Shown one piece after another: positions 51,227 to 64,000 of a stretch of 64,000 nt of DNA. Below the pieces are notes generated by a model. The model saw only the letters and a list, made by a program, of their open reading frames with translations, was not told the DNA's origin and searched no databases. Source of the stretch: Octopus vulgaris (Eukaryota); NCBI GenBank assembly GCA_951406725.2, contig OX597814.1:53258001-53322000 (forward strand), written 5' to 3'. Every line of letters starts with the position of its first letter. Position 1 is the first letter of the stretch. The translations under genes were made by a program, and so were the position numbers.

Positions 51227-51829
51227 AGTAGATCTTAATGTGATCTCTCATTTTCAAAGGCGATGTCTTAGCATCGCCACACCACTGGTTGAAGCTAGTA
51301 AAAGTAAAACAACCCTTGAAAAGGGTGTATGTGGGAGGAAATAATTGAAAAGCAGTGAAAGATGCAGGACTGATGATCATTACTTATTATTTCATTTTTT
51401 AGAAATAAATAAATTGTGATACACCGGAATTAAAATGAAATGTTAAATATAAAATAAGTACCGGTCATGTACCAGGGGCGATACAGTAAGCTGTTTCTTC
51501 TCACAAATTTCTAGTCTTGCGCCCATTTTGGAAATCAATATTTTAAATCAACAGAGTAGAAGAGTGCTATTACAGCTAAATGACTTGACATGTTTACCTC
51601 ACATTTTATCTCTAATCCATATTTTTCTCCAGACAACTTTACCTTCCACAGATCCAAGGTAGGATATCCCTGCTTGAACATTCCTATGATAGATTCATTC
51701 CAGCCATGACTGTTCGGTCTTTCCTTTTCAGTCATAGAGTATTTAGAGCAACGTAAAATATTTAGAGTATCAGTTTATGTGTCCTTCCTTCTTTCTCTTT
51801 TATATTTTCGAGCAAAACACTCCCCGTCC

Positions 51830-52197
51830 AATGGACAGTGCTGAGTTGTGAAACATTTAAACCAAATTTTCTCAAAACAACTTGTCCGACCGTCCCATTT
51901 TGTGGCATTATTTCAAGCCATCCGGCTTTTTTGCGTAAACTGCACGTGCATTTTTCTCGTGTGCGCGTAGTATCGATTGCAACAACTGATGTACTTGCGC
52001 GTACAAATGTACGTTCCCACGGCTTTGTCGATCGCATTCTCACCTGGAATCGATTTTTGTAATTTTCTCCAGACTTATACACGTCCTGATACCGTCGGTA
52101 TCTACATATCAAATTTGAGCACAATCGGATGCAGGATGCCCGAGATCCTAGAAGAAACACACACACAGACAGACAGAACGGATTGTATATAATGGAT
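51830..52197 (-). mobile_element. Probable Helitron-like 5' end fragment
   Basis: caaatttgagcacaatcggatg...acacacagacagacag...tatataat pattern typical of non-autonomous Helitron ends; no 3' CTAG/hairpin found. Confidence 0.4.
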
Positions 52198-52560
52198 CAG
52201 ACAGTAAGATTGCAATAAATGTCTCTGCTGTTTTTAGCATCTCCTTTGGGAGTTGATTAAATAAGTATCAGTAATGTAAAAAAAAAGTTGATTGGACGAT
52301 TTATTTCCCCAGGGGTCGTGTCAGAGAAATCGATGTTAAAAAAGGTAAAATCTGTAATGATTATATAGTTACACCATGAGTTTTTATATAGAAGCGCTAT
52401 ACCTGTTGAACAGATTTTCATTAGTAGGTAATCCAAGAAAGTGCAGCAGAAACCATAGTATTTGCATACTTCCCTGCCCCACATTGAGAGATAAGGATAG
52501 TTGAAGATTTTGCTGTTGTGATTGTTTGACAATAGGTCAATTCTAACTGAGCAGGCCTAT

Positions 52561-52562
52561 TA

Positions 52563-52625
<63 letters not shown>

Positions 52626-52733
52626 ATATATATATATCTGTCTGTCTGTATGTCTGTATGTCTGTCTGTCTGTCTGCCTGTCTGTCTGCCTGCCTGCCTG
52701 TCTGTCTGTCTGTATGTATGTATGTATATATAT
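52561..52733. repeat. (TCTA)n(TA)n(TCTG)n(TATG)n compound microsatellite
   Basis: Direct reading. Confidence 0.95.
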
Positions 52734-53058
52734 AAATTCCATTCGCACCCATACATCATTTTAGGGCATGTCTAGAATTACATTATATTGTATATGTCCC
52801 TAATTTAAAACAGCACGGTGTGATCTGAGGAAGAAGTGACTGCTCTTTCTAGAGGGATGAGTGACTACGTAGAGGCTCCCTTGTTGAACTGCATATGTTG
52901 ATACTGCTGACGTTCAGTCTGAAGATCTGTACATTGACATTTCGAGGGTAAATGAGAGACGTAGGGAAAGTACTCAAAGGAACCCTATTCTGTGGAATGC
53001 ACACTCTGTAGCATGTATGCTCATGAAACAAGCATACTCGCGCACGCACACACACACA

Positions 53059-53129
<71 letters not shown>

Positions 53130-53766
53130 GCAAGCCAGTCTCGCAAATCTTTATCATTGCTTTCACTATTTCTCTAATATCCAACGGGGAATGTTACAGG
53201 AATCCAGAAATGCATACTTGATGCATTCCTCGTTCAGAGATAGATGAAAATATATTCTATGATGACACTAGGAAGAAAAAACTCGTAATCAGATATCACA
53301 CATATGAAAATAATGTGATCGTCTAAGAATAATAAATTGGTGGCTTGCTATGGGTTTGCTTATGCCACTCCTCACACTAGCATTTGAAACATTCGATTTG
53401 AGACTAGCTGAGATCAAGACTAAAACTCGATAAATACTAGCTACTGCCAGAAATTCCCATTTCAGTAATAATACTGACCGTATCTACCAAAAACAAAAAC
53501 AATAAATTAGAGTCTTAAGATGGATTTAAACAGCCTTTGAAAGTTGCATCGTTATTCCCTCTGCACCTAGCATCCAAGTGATTCCAGGTATCAAACTGGA
53601 TATATGAGGTAAATAGCATTATGAGAATTGCAGAGGTGCTCTTCAGACTGTTTTCTAACTAATGACTAAGGATACAGTCCTAGGAAAGCTGCACTACACA
53701 ACAGAACAGTAAGTGAAAACTTTAATACAAGGCTATATTGTTAGAAAACTTCAAAGTAATAATGAT

Positions 53767-53995
53767 ATTGGTTTCAAATTTTGGCAAGAGACCAGCAATT
53801 TGTGTGAAGCGGGTATGTCAATTACATCGAACTCAGTGTTCAACTGGTACTTATTTTATCGACCCCAAATGGATGAAAGGCAAAGACGACGTCGGCAGAA
53901 TGCGAACTCAAAACGTGAACTCGGAACGTAAATACGGATGAAATGCTGCCAAGCATTTTATCTGATGTGATAACAATTCTTCCGGCTCGCCTCCT
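53767..53995 (-). mobile_element. SINE family A
   Basis: ctggtacttattttatcgaccccaaatggatgaaaggcaaag...ggctcgcctcctt. Confidence 0.8.
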
Positions 53996-55204
53996 TCAAA
54001 GAAATAATAACATTTAACTCTCATACTGAAGGCTGTACTTTTGCAATCAAAGAACAAAAATAACAAGAAACTGCTTGTTGCACAAAAGGGATAAAGATGC
54101 AAGTAGAATGCCTAGATGTGACAGCCGTTGCAAACTCTGAGGAATTAGCACCACATGTAACCTACATCATACACAACTATGTAAACATAGAATATTGATA
54201 TTCTCTACTTGAGAGACATGATATCAGGATTACAACACTATAAGTCACAAAGATAACAACATAAGATGTTATAGTGATATAGTGATGAATATTCCATTAG
54301 CATTTTCTGTAATATGGAAAATGCAGGTGGAAGATTCCAGTCAAAACGGTTACAAAAATGTAGAAATAAGAGACCAGATATAATTATCTAAGTAAGGGAA
54401 AAGAAAATGTGTATAGTAGCAGACAGTTGTTGTTTAGCAGACGTTAATGTAATGTTTAGAATAAACATAAAGAAAGCACTTAAGTCAAATTAATTAGAAA
54501 TCAACAGATACTATATTTGGACTATAACTTCAGATTTATACCAGTAATTATTGGACATTTGGTTAAGTAATCACTTCAAACTGCAGTCTTGAGATGCTTA
54601 GTTTGAAAAAAAACTAGAAATGGTAGCGGTAGTTAGGATATTACATTAGAAAAAAAAGTAATTGAACTGAAAAGATGTAAAATATTCGATAAGTTTGCCC
54701 TCTAGTATGTAGATATACATAATATAGGCATACAAATATGTATGTGTATAGGTACATAGATCAAAGTATACGGATCATACATGCAAATGACATGACTGCA
54801 TGTACGCACGTATACGTTTGCTCATATATAAATGACTACTTATTTTATGTTGTCTAAGTTCCAGTGAAGTTTTGTTTCTAGGCTGAAGACTAATTCTTTC
54901 ACTACAAAAGAAATTAACTGAAAAACGAAAACGAAAAGTATAAGCACGCACATATGTACACAGATTTGATTTTGGTCATACCTTTGTGGGCAAATCAGCC
55001 TTGTCTTACCTGAGTACGCATGTATTTGATGTTATTGTGTTTGTATATATACAAACGTATATATAGATATTATACGCACACACAAGCACAATGATACACA
55101 TGCATACGCTAATACACACAAATATGCACTCACACGTACACGTACACACACACACACACACAAACAAGGCTACACTCAAACGTACACACACGCGCGTGCC
55201 GTTG

Positions 55205-55291
<87 letters not shown>

Positions 55292-56291
55292 ACACACACA
55301 CATACACACACACACACACGTCTGTCTCTCAATGTCTATGGACGAACACAAATTTGTTTCCGTAAAGAGGAGATATAGAGAGAAGACAAATTTGATGAGT
55401 TGTACGAGGTCAACAGATGTTTTCATATGGATTATTTGTTGAATATATTAAGCAACAGCATTCTGCAATATGAAGTTGATTACAAGAAAAAATGAAAAGA
55501 ATAAAAAGAACATGACAATGATTGAAGTTATAATGTTTATGATAATGACTTCTTTACGTTAAGCAGAAAAAAATCAATGTTTGTAGGAGTGAAATCGACC
55601 GAACCAACACGAGTATAGCTGGAGGGGTTAACATCAAAACTGATTCTGAAGGGATTTAAACTAAATACCTTTAAGAACTACATTCGATGCTCTGTCAAAT
55701 CTGTCGATGAAAATGAAGCTATTAATAACTTGATGGTATATTCTGTTTGAAATAATTTTTACAAACTGGCTCTTACGAGACATATGGCGAAAGGATACCA
55801 ACAGCTTGTAAACTTCTCTCCTTTGGTATCACTCGAAATCAAACGCAGGTCGAATATATTTTCTTGACAATCCTATCAGGGTGATTAATATCTTTCTTAA
55901 CTTGTAATTTCATACAAAAAGCAGCATAATTATGCGCACATGATAAGCAGTTGGGTAATGTGAATTGTGAGAGACCATCAGAAACAAATGGATTTGTACT
56001 GTATAAAAAAAAGTGCGTTGATATGTAGGGTTAAGGACCTCAAACACAGTGTTTTATTATAGCACTTAAAGTTATTTAAAAAAGAAGCTAAATAAGAAGA
56101 GCTAACACGTTTGAAATCCGGTAAATTATACACAGAACTGATGCTGATGCAGACAAGAATATTATTTATTAGAGACTGTACAGCTAATGGCTTAAAGTAG
56201 AAGCATGAAAGCGTTCTTACAACTCAAGATCAAAGCATCTACTTCAAGAAGTACCAGGAAAAATACCAAAACAATACATATATACATAATG

Positions 56292-56455
56292 CATACATAC
56301 ATACATACATACATACATACATACATACATACATACATACATACATACATACATACATACATACATACATACATACATACATACATACATACATACATAC
56401 ACACATACATGTATGTATGTATGTATGTATGTATGTATGTATGTATGTATGTATG

Positions 56456-56484
<29 letters not shown>
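56292..56484. repeat. Self-complementary (CATA)n-(TATG)n microsatellite palindrome
   Basis: A CATA tract switches at ...acatac|atgt... (~56409) to its reverse complement. Confidence 0.95.
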
Positions 56485-56486
<2 letters not shown>

Positions 56487-56849
56487 GTAAATACATATAA
56501 ATAGATAAGTAGATATATATACAGCCGTCCCCTTCGACACTGAGGACAGATTTCAAAAATTAAAAAACAAATAACATTTGGAAATGGAATTATTAAGACT
56601 GAGAATGAGTTTAGAATGGACTTTTTTGTACTGAGGTGTATGTGTTTGAGTGTGTATAAAAATGTGTACTGATGGCTTATATTATGCTATCTGGTGCATT
56701 TTAAAAAATATACTAATGCTCTACAGTATGTTTGCATTGTCATTTTCTAAGGTCAGTAGATACATATGTATCACAAAATCTATTTCAAAGAAGTTAAAAC
56801 TGGTTTCCTAGAGCATATAGAAAAGCTAAATTTTCGCTAGAGCTAATGA

Positions 56850-57800
56850 TGAATGTACTGATTCTATATTGTATAATTTTTTCATACAAAAGATCACTTA
56901 GCCGATATTTGTTCCTTATATGGATTATAGCTATTCTTCTTCTTCAGAAGTCTAATAGTTATTCTTTGATCATGAATGCAGAATGTTGTGGATTCTGCTC
57001 ACCTATTAGATTCGATATATTCATCCAGGTATTAATCAATAGTTTAGTTGATATACAGGATATTAGATGACGGATATTTTTGCTATTTCATTGCATGTCT
57101 TTACAGTTGTTCATTATTGTCATACATGTCAAAAGTATGCCTATTTTTCCTGCTATTCGGATTTAGATTTTTGCTGTTAAAATTTAATCCATTTCTTTGG
57201 AAGAATTTAATTACTATAGTGTCAATTGATTTATTGCTTCTCAAATACTATAGTCAATAATAATAGTTAATTGGAAAGGTATAAATAACTGCCTTCTTAA
57301 ATTGATATTCATAATCTCCAGTTATTTTCTGCACGGTCTTTATCCGATTTGCAATGTAGTGTGTCACGTTTATTGAAGAAATCCTTAATGTAGTCTGCAT
57401 CGACCAGGTATAGCAAAATCATATGATAATGTTGCTAAAGTAAAAGTGTTAAAGGTATTGATAATGATTTTGTTATTAAAGTAAGTTTTAGACAGGTGTG
57501 TTTCATAAATGTTAGTGAATTTTTAAAAGATACGAAGTTTAGCTTCAACAATTCCGATCAGTGTCTTTCTGTAAACCGTTTCACATTCACACAGAACGAT
57601 CTTCAACATCGTCATATGTATCTCTTTTCAATCATTTTTGCCCTAGTTGGGTGGAGTCTGAACGAGCTTCCTGGTTCTATAGACCACAAGGGTGTCCGGA
57701 GTTATACCCCATTGTGAGAACGAAGAGGAGGCAAATTAGGCTCGCAATACAGGGTGGAAGGCCCAGTTGCTACATGTATGACTATAAAAACTATACTAGA
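56850..57800 (-). mobile_element. Very decayed APE-type (CR1/L2-like) LINE remnant
   Basis: Ordered weak motifs on -: LVVYRT, GDYEYQF (GDFN-like), TWMN (PW-like). Confidence 0.3.
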
Positions 57801-58670
57801 GCCTTCTGACCAAAAGAATTGAAATGGCAAATAAATAAATAAATATGTAACGGACTGCGGAGATGGTGGCAAATACAAGATCCTGATGTGAAGAGCATGT
57901 CTCCTGCAGTTATTGATGCTACGGCTGTCTTCTACCGTCACATTGATCGCAGCTCATTGAATAACCAGAGAAGAAGCTAAGACAAGTGGACCCGTTCCAT
58001 CCTCAGCGCCATCAGGACCAAGGGCTGACAGAAGCTCAGAGCAGCAATTTCATTCTTATTGCTTTGCTGTGCTTTGCAGAAAAGGGGGCCTGAAGAAGAT
58101 GGAGAAAACTTTGGGGAGAATAAGAAGGGAAAGCAGAGGCAATAAGAGAAAAGTAAATGAGCTCGAGTTGAAGGTATTTAGAATAATAGAAGTCTCTTAA
58201 TAATACGCACTGTCATTCAGAGATTCACGATCGAACTAATAACGAGGAACATCTGTTGGAGTTTCTGAAGGATCAGAAGAGAATGCGGCAAATACTACGC
58301 TGATTAAGGAGGAGAATACATGAATCTCAAAATAATACACTATTAATAAAGACCAGACCAATTATCTCTCATAGACGTCAGTTGAGCTGATCAAGGCCGA
58401 ATGTGTTCAATTCGGAGAACCTAGTTTGCGTGAGCTGATCAGATGGTATGAGCCGTGAGGTACTCTGGTCTTATTTTGATGATGGCTTCTCTTGTCTTTC
58501 GGTTAAACAAATAAACATCATTTGCATAATAAAATATTCGACTGCTGTTTATACATTGCATCATGTCTTTGACGCTCCTTCGTTTTTATGTGTGCTCATC
58601 TCCTACACTTTCATACGTAACACTTTTGGGTGACAAAATTTTATTTTGTTCGGGGTTCTGTAGCAAATAA

Positions 58671-58740
<70 letters not shown>

Positions 58741-58790
58741 TCGCTGCTACTATTGCCGCTGCTGCTGCTATTTTTGTTGTTGTTGTTCAG
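58671..58790. repeat. (CTA)n(CTG)n trinucleotide repeat
   Basis: Direct reading. Confidence 0.95.
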
Positions 58791-59964
58791 CAACAAGACG
58801 GGTAAGGGTGATTAGGTGATGGTCTAGGACTTAGGGGCGGGAGACTCCAGACCTTGGAAAATAATAAAAAATTGGTCGTCTTGTAGTCAAGGGCTCTTCG
58901 TTGACGCCCGACACCACTGGGAGGTCGCCCTCGAAATCGCTGGAAATAGAGATCTCCAGATCCAAATTCTTGAACGGCAAAACAGAGTGTACGGTATGGC
59001 GCCAGTGGTTTCAAGGTTAGGAAGAGTCTAGCAGTAATATTCAGATTAAACGAAGTAACCACACGGCTAAGCTGCTGCTGCTGTCGTTGCCATGGCTGTT
59101 CCCGTTATCGCCACTGCTGCAGCTGTTGTTGGTGTTGATGTTATTATCTTCATCGCAAACATCATCACATTCGTTTTTTAATACTTAGAAACGGAAGTCA
59201 TTAAAATCATTCTATGCTTTCTAACTTATCATACCGTGAAATGTATTCAGTTTTATTCTCAAGACATCTTTTTATTCTTTTCAGTTTCTCGACAGTTTCT
59301 CCATTACAAGTAGTTACCTGACACTACAGATAACGCAGTTGAGAACATAAATGTTTCATTGCATTTGTACCTGTTAGCGCTAAGAATAAACTGATTTAAG
59401 AAACAACCTTTGCAGAAAGTAAAGTACAACCTTATCGGAAGACAGAAGAGAATCAACAGGAAAGTCGATGGAGGTTCACCACATACACGCATTTTAACAA
59501 CACCTCAAAAACCTGGAAGGCATAAAGGATGTTTATATAATTTTCCATGGAATATTTCAATATTTCTCAATACAACATTGATAACGTAACGCCAGCAACA
59601 GAGGAAACATTCAGCATTGGCTTTGTTAGGTTTCCTAGCTTCTGGCGTTAATATTAATTATAATATAAAAATTACCGAGAATATTAGTAATTTTATTAAT
59701 TATAATTTTCGTTATCTGATGTGTTCAGTATTTCAAACCGACAGATAGAATGGCAATTATAGAATGATTTCGTTGTTCATATTGATAAACTGTTACCAAT
59801 TAACGAGGTTATGCATCTTGTTCAGGCACTTCAAGTCAAGCCGTACAAACAGTTAAATCTCCGATGATTAGGATGGTATTCTAACGAATCTGATAGCTCG
59901 CGGACTTCATTCAACCATACAGTGAATCTTGTTTAAGGATACATACATACATACATCACTGTTA

Positions 59965-60262
59965 CTTTGTCGGTTACGACGACGAGGCTTCAAGATAATC
60001 CGATCAACGGAACAGCATGCACGTGATATCAACGTGCAAATGACTGAGCACTACACAGACACGCATACCCTTAACGTAGTTCTCAGGATATTCAACGTGA
60101 CACACAGTGTGACAAGGTCGGCATTTTGAATTTCAGGTACTACTCATTTTTGCCAGCTGAATGGACAGGAACAACATGAAATAAAATGTCTTGCTCAAGG
60201 ACACAATGTGCCGCCGGTTTTCGAACTCATAAACTTACGATTCACTAAGCCACGCGCCTTCA
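59965..60262 (-). mobile_element. SINE family D
   Basis: Collinear with 8591-8914. Confidence 0.8.
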
Positions 60263-60346
60263 TACATACATACATACATACATACATACATACATACATA
60301 CATACATACATACATACATACATGCATGCATGCATGCATGCATACA

Positions 60347-60380
<34 letters not shown>

Positions 60381-60479
60381 CATACATACATATATACATA
60401 TATATACATACATATTCCTCCACCACCACTTCACAACCAGTGTTGGCATGTTTACATCCGCTTAACTTAGTGGCTAACC

Positions 60480-60612
60480 AAAAGAAACGAGAGAATATGA
60501 ACCAGGCTTAAAAAAAGATGTAATAGGTACTGGGTTGATTCGTTCGATTAAAATTCTTCAAGGCAGTGCTCCGGCATGGCCGCAGTCTAATGACTGAAAC
60601 AGGTAAAAGGTA
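60480..60612 (+). mobile_element. SINE family B 3' tail
   Basis: gctccggcatggccgcagtctaatgactgaaacaggtaaaag. Confidence 0.75.
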
Positions 60613-60616
60613 ACAG

Positions 60617-60669
<53 letters not shown>

Positions 60670-60867
60670 TGTGCGCGCATGCGTGCATATATAAATATGA
60701 ATATATATATGTATATACAAATATATATATACATATATACACACGTATATGTTCGTGTATCTACGTATGCATACACATACATATATATGAGTGATTGTGT
60801 GTTGTCTGTGTGTGAGTGTATGTGTGTGTGTATGTTCGTGAATGTGTGTGTATAAGTGGTCGTCTGC

Positions 60868-60937
<70 letters not shown>

Positions 60938-60939
60938 TA

Positions 60940-60987
<48 letters not shown>

Positions 60988-61019
60988 TGCAGACGCCACT
61001 TATACACACACATTCACGA

Positions 61020-61084
<65 letters not shown>

Positions 61085-61101
<17 letters not shown>

Positions 61102-61247
61102 TGTTTGTTTGTCTGTGTGTGTATGTGTGTATCACTAAAACTCAAGAATTAACCAACTGATTTCATTCAAAGTTTACACACGCCTTACTTAGGGCCCATG
61201 CAGTGTCATTGGCTAAAAATTTTTTCAATGTCAGATATCTCTGCTAG
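61085..61247 (+). mobile_element. Short Helitron-like remnant
   Basis: atataaactgagtatgtttgtttgtctgtgtg...caactgatttcattcaaagtttacac...ctgCTAG|T; subterminal hairpin not preserved. Confidence 0.4.
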
Positions 61248-61249
61248 TA

Positions 61250-61303
<54 letters not shown>

Positions 61304-61777
61304 TGTGCGTGTTTGTGTGTGTGTGTGTGCGTGCGTGTGCGTGTTTGTGTGTGATTTACTAATATAAATAAGATTTAAGTAGAAATTATATATATATATA
61401 CAAGTAAAAGATATGGAATTTAAAAATATAAATGAAGTAAGATTTAGTTATAAATAATGTACATATAAAAGTAAAAACATACATATATATATACATATAA
61501 GAATATATTAGAAAAAAGGTATATACATATATACATATTTACACTTATGTATGCTTGAGTGTCTGCAAATCTAACGGCGGCCTCAAAAGACATAGATCAG
61601 AACTTAAATACAGCTCATGATCGTCCAAAACGGATATGCAATCTATGTGGGTGTCTTTTCAAAACATTGTCCGGTTTAAAATGCGGCATCAGACGCCATG
61701 ATGGTTTTAAGGTGTAGGTACAGGAGGTGGTCAAACTCTGCATAAGGAGTAGGCAACCGTGTGTATGTGTGTGTGTA

Positions 61778-61878
<101 letters not shown>

Positions 61879-61923
61879 ATTTGTGTATATATTACATTAT
61901 ATATATTATATAATATGTATGTA

Positions 61924-62445
61924 CAGGGTGAGGCAGGGAGGATGGTCGTTTTTGAAATGGCTATTTACTCAGCCCCAGTGGGAGGTAGATATGTCCGATA
62001 GGTACCATTCCGTCTGTGAGTTTTAGAAATTGTTTTTCTTTTCAAATGAAACCATGGCACTGTGGACGATAGAGCATCAAGTGTTTGCCTATGACAGTTA
62101 CGTGAAGAATAGCGAGTCTGTCAACAGTTCAGCGTGAGTTTCGGCGCCACTTCAACATTCACCGAAATCAGGCTGTTCCCACTCGTAACACAATCTTACG
62201 GTGGGTGAATGCACTTCGTACACGAGGTACACTAATGAATAGAAGACCGATAGGAGCGCCACGAACGGTACGGACCCCGGAAAATGTGGAAAAAGTCAGG
62301 CAAGCTTTGATACAGAGTCTAAATAATTTTGCTCGGAAGCATTCCACTGAACCATGCATCAGTAATCGATCGGTATGGCGTATTTTGCATGAAGACTGCA
62401 TTTCCACTCGTACAAATTGGTCATTGGGCAACAGTTGAAACACCA
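61924..62445 (+). mobile_element. Tc1/mariner 5' part (DUF4817-type HTH transposase), frameshifted
   Basis: TA|CAGGGTG terminus; ATG at 62054 MALWTIEHQVFAYDSYVKNSESV/TVQREFRRHFNIHRNQAVPTRNTILRWVNALRTRG...GAPRTVRTPENVEKVRQA...VWRILHED. Confidence 0.85.
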
Positions 62446-62449
62446 CAAG

Positions 62450-62710
62450 ACAGCAATACTCGGCCGCTGCACGAGTGCGTGAAGAACGGTTTCGTCGCTC
62501 TGCACACATCTCGGACAATTCCGCCTGATAGCGTTTCCGAATCTGTAGTTTATCTCGAACCGAAAGTTCTCCTCGGTAGCCCTGCCAAGCCAAGAATTTC
62601 TGGAATTTATTCATGGTAGTAGCGGGCCTGACCGTCCTCCGAAACAGTCGAGCTAGTTCATCCTCGTTGGTGCCTAGAGTTTCCTCAAGTACGTTCGTTC
62701 TTACCCACCT
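62450..62710 (-). mobile_element. L1/Tx1-like LINE C-terminal (zf-RVT-like) fragment
   Basis: FQKFLAWQGYRGELSVRDKL followed by a frameshifted CPRCVQSDETVLHALVQ. Confidence 0.6.
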
Positions 62711-63475
62711 CTAGATTTCTCTATATTACTAACGTAGAACTTCCACCGACCGCACTGACCGACTGAAGTAAGATGATAATGAGGATGATGATTGTGATCG
62801 CGATGACGATGACGATGGTAATGATGGAGAGATGATGATTATTATATCTAGCATAGACAAAAACTACTCACACATATTTTTTTTCGAGAGGAAGAAGAAG
62901 GAAAGAAAAGACAAAGCGTAGGCATTTCAATCAGAGCCAATAGTGTTGCTTTGTTTTGTCATATTTTTCTTATTGTAGTTTTTGATGCTTATGCTTATAT
63001 TCTGTTTGCGAGAGCATGTACAGATATGTTTAAATAAACATACATACCAGTACGTATATGCACCTATATGTGTGCGGATTTCGGCGAGAGAATTCGTACG
63101 TTAAAAAAATCACGCTTCAGGGAAATGAAAAAATCGTTTGAGTTGTTTTCATTGATGTCTCCGATGTTGCTTTTTGTTGTTCATATGGCTGTAGGTATGA
63201 CTTGTTCAGAACTTGCTGATTTCGTTCAACTTCGAAGTGGTTATATTTATGGATGGACGAAGCGTTAATTATTCAAACAAACCGTTTGTAAATGTGTGTG
63301 CATCTACGCGCGCGCGAGTGCGTGTGGGCGCGACTGTGTGTATGCGTGTGTATACGCGAGCGGATGTGTAGCGTAAGAGTCACTCTTGAAATACATTACA
63401 CTATTGAGTACTTCTGTAATTGAAAATGATGATTACAATAATAATAAGGATAATAATAATAACAAATATAACAAC

Positions 63476-63538
<63 letters not shown>

Positions 63539-63540
63539 GA

Positions 63541-63700
63541 CTAAAGGTCGTGCCTATAATGATTGATGCGTTGGGAACAGTAACCCAAGATATAGGTAAA
63601 TGACTGAAGGAGATTGAAATAGAATGCCCGTTAGAGCTCCCACAGAAAGTTTGCCTCTTAGGGACAGAAAGGATTATCAGAAGAGTTCTAAGCACTTGAA
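63541..63700 (+). mobile_element. R4/Dong-like LINE extreme C-terminus after (AAT)n
   Basis: LKVVPIMIDALGTV...PQKVCLLGTERIIRRVLST*. Confidence 0.75.
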
Positions 63701-63786
63701 AGACCGTCGAAAATATGTAGATACCTATCCACAAAAATCCTACCAGGAATAAGACAAAACCTGAGCTTTGTTTCTATAATAATAAT

Positions 63787-63940
63787 AATGGTTTCTAATT
63801 TTACCACAAGGGCAGCATTTTGGGGTGAGGGGATGAGTCGATTACTTCGACCCTAATGGTCGACTGGTACTTATTTTATCGACCCCAGAAAGATGAAACA
63901 CAATGTCGACCGCGGAAGGATTGAAACTCAGAACGTCAAA
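63787..63940 (-). mobile_element. SINE family A 3' part
   Basis: ctggtacttattttatcgaccccagaaagatgaaa. Confidence 0.75.
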
Positions 63941-64000
63941 GATTTGAACTCACAATAAAACACTTTTCTCTTAGATCAATCCCTGATCAACTTTTTCAAG

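Noticed and set aside
58787-59062. 91-aa minus-strand ORF in a GC-richer patch
   Set aside because: No recognisable motif or clear splice sites; possibly TE debris
59587-59650. Imperfect hairpin taacgccag..aggaaac / gtttcct..ctggcgtta
   Set aside because: Short interrupted arms, single occurrence, no ribozyme or miRNA-like continuous stem

Overview
AT-rich, microsatellite-dense, repeat-dominated eukaryotic DNA. The repeat repertoire (several tRNA-derived SINE families, R4/Dong-like LINE, mariner, Helitron and Penelope remnants) looks molluscan, most like an octopus genome; this is an inference, not a database match. I found no intact host protein-coding gene, and almost all listed ORFs are microsatellite artefacts or transposon debris. 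The main signal is at 24421-26673: a young array of ~495-bp units inside (TA)n, with about 2.9 direct copies followed by an 808-bp inverted arm. It holds five near-identical, apparently intact type I hammerhead ribozymes (HHRs), three on - and two on +, spaced 494-495 nt apart. This is the layout of a non-LTR retrozyme or Penelope-mobilised element able to release a ~495-nt self-cleaved, potentially circular RNA. The window also contains a tRNA-headed SINE-like element carrying a minimal HHR (35419-35723), several decayed HHRs in Penelope-type inserts, two GIY-YIG remnants, and three SINEs stacked on the 5' end of a tRNA-Gln pseudogene. Coordinates of degenerate repeats are approximate.
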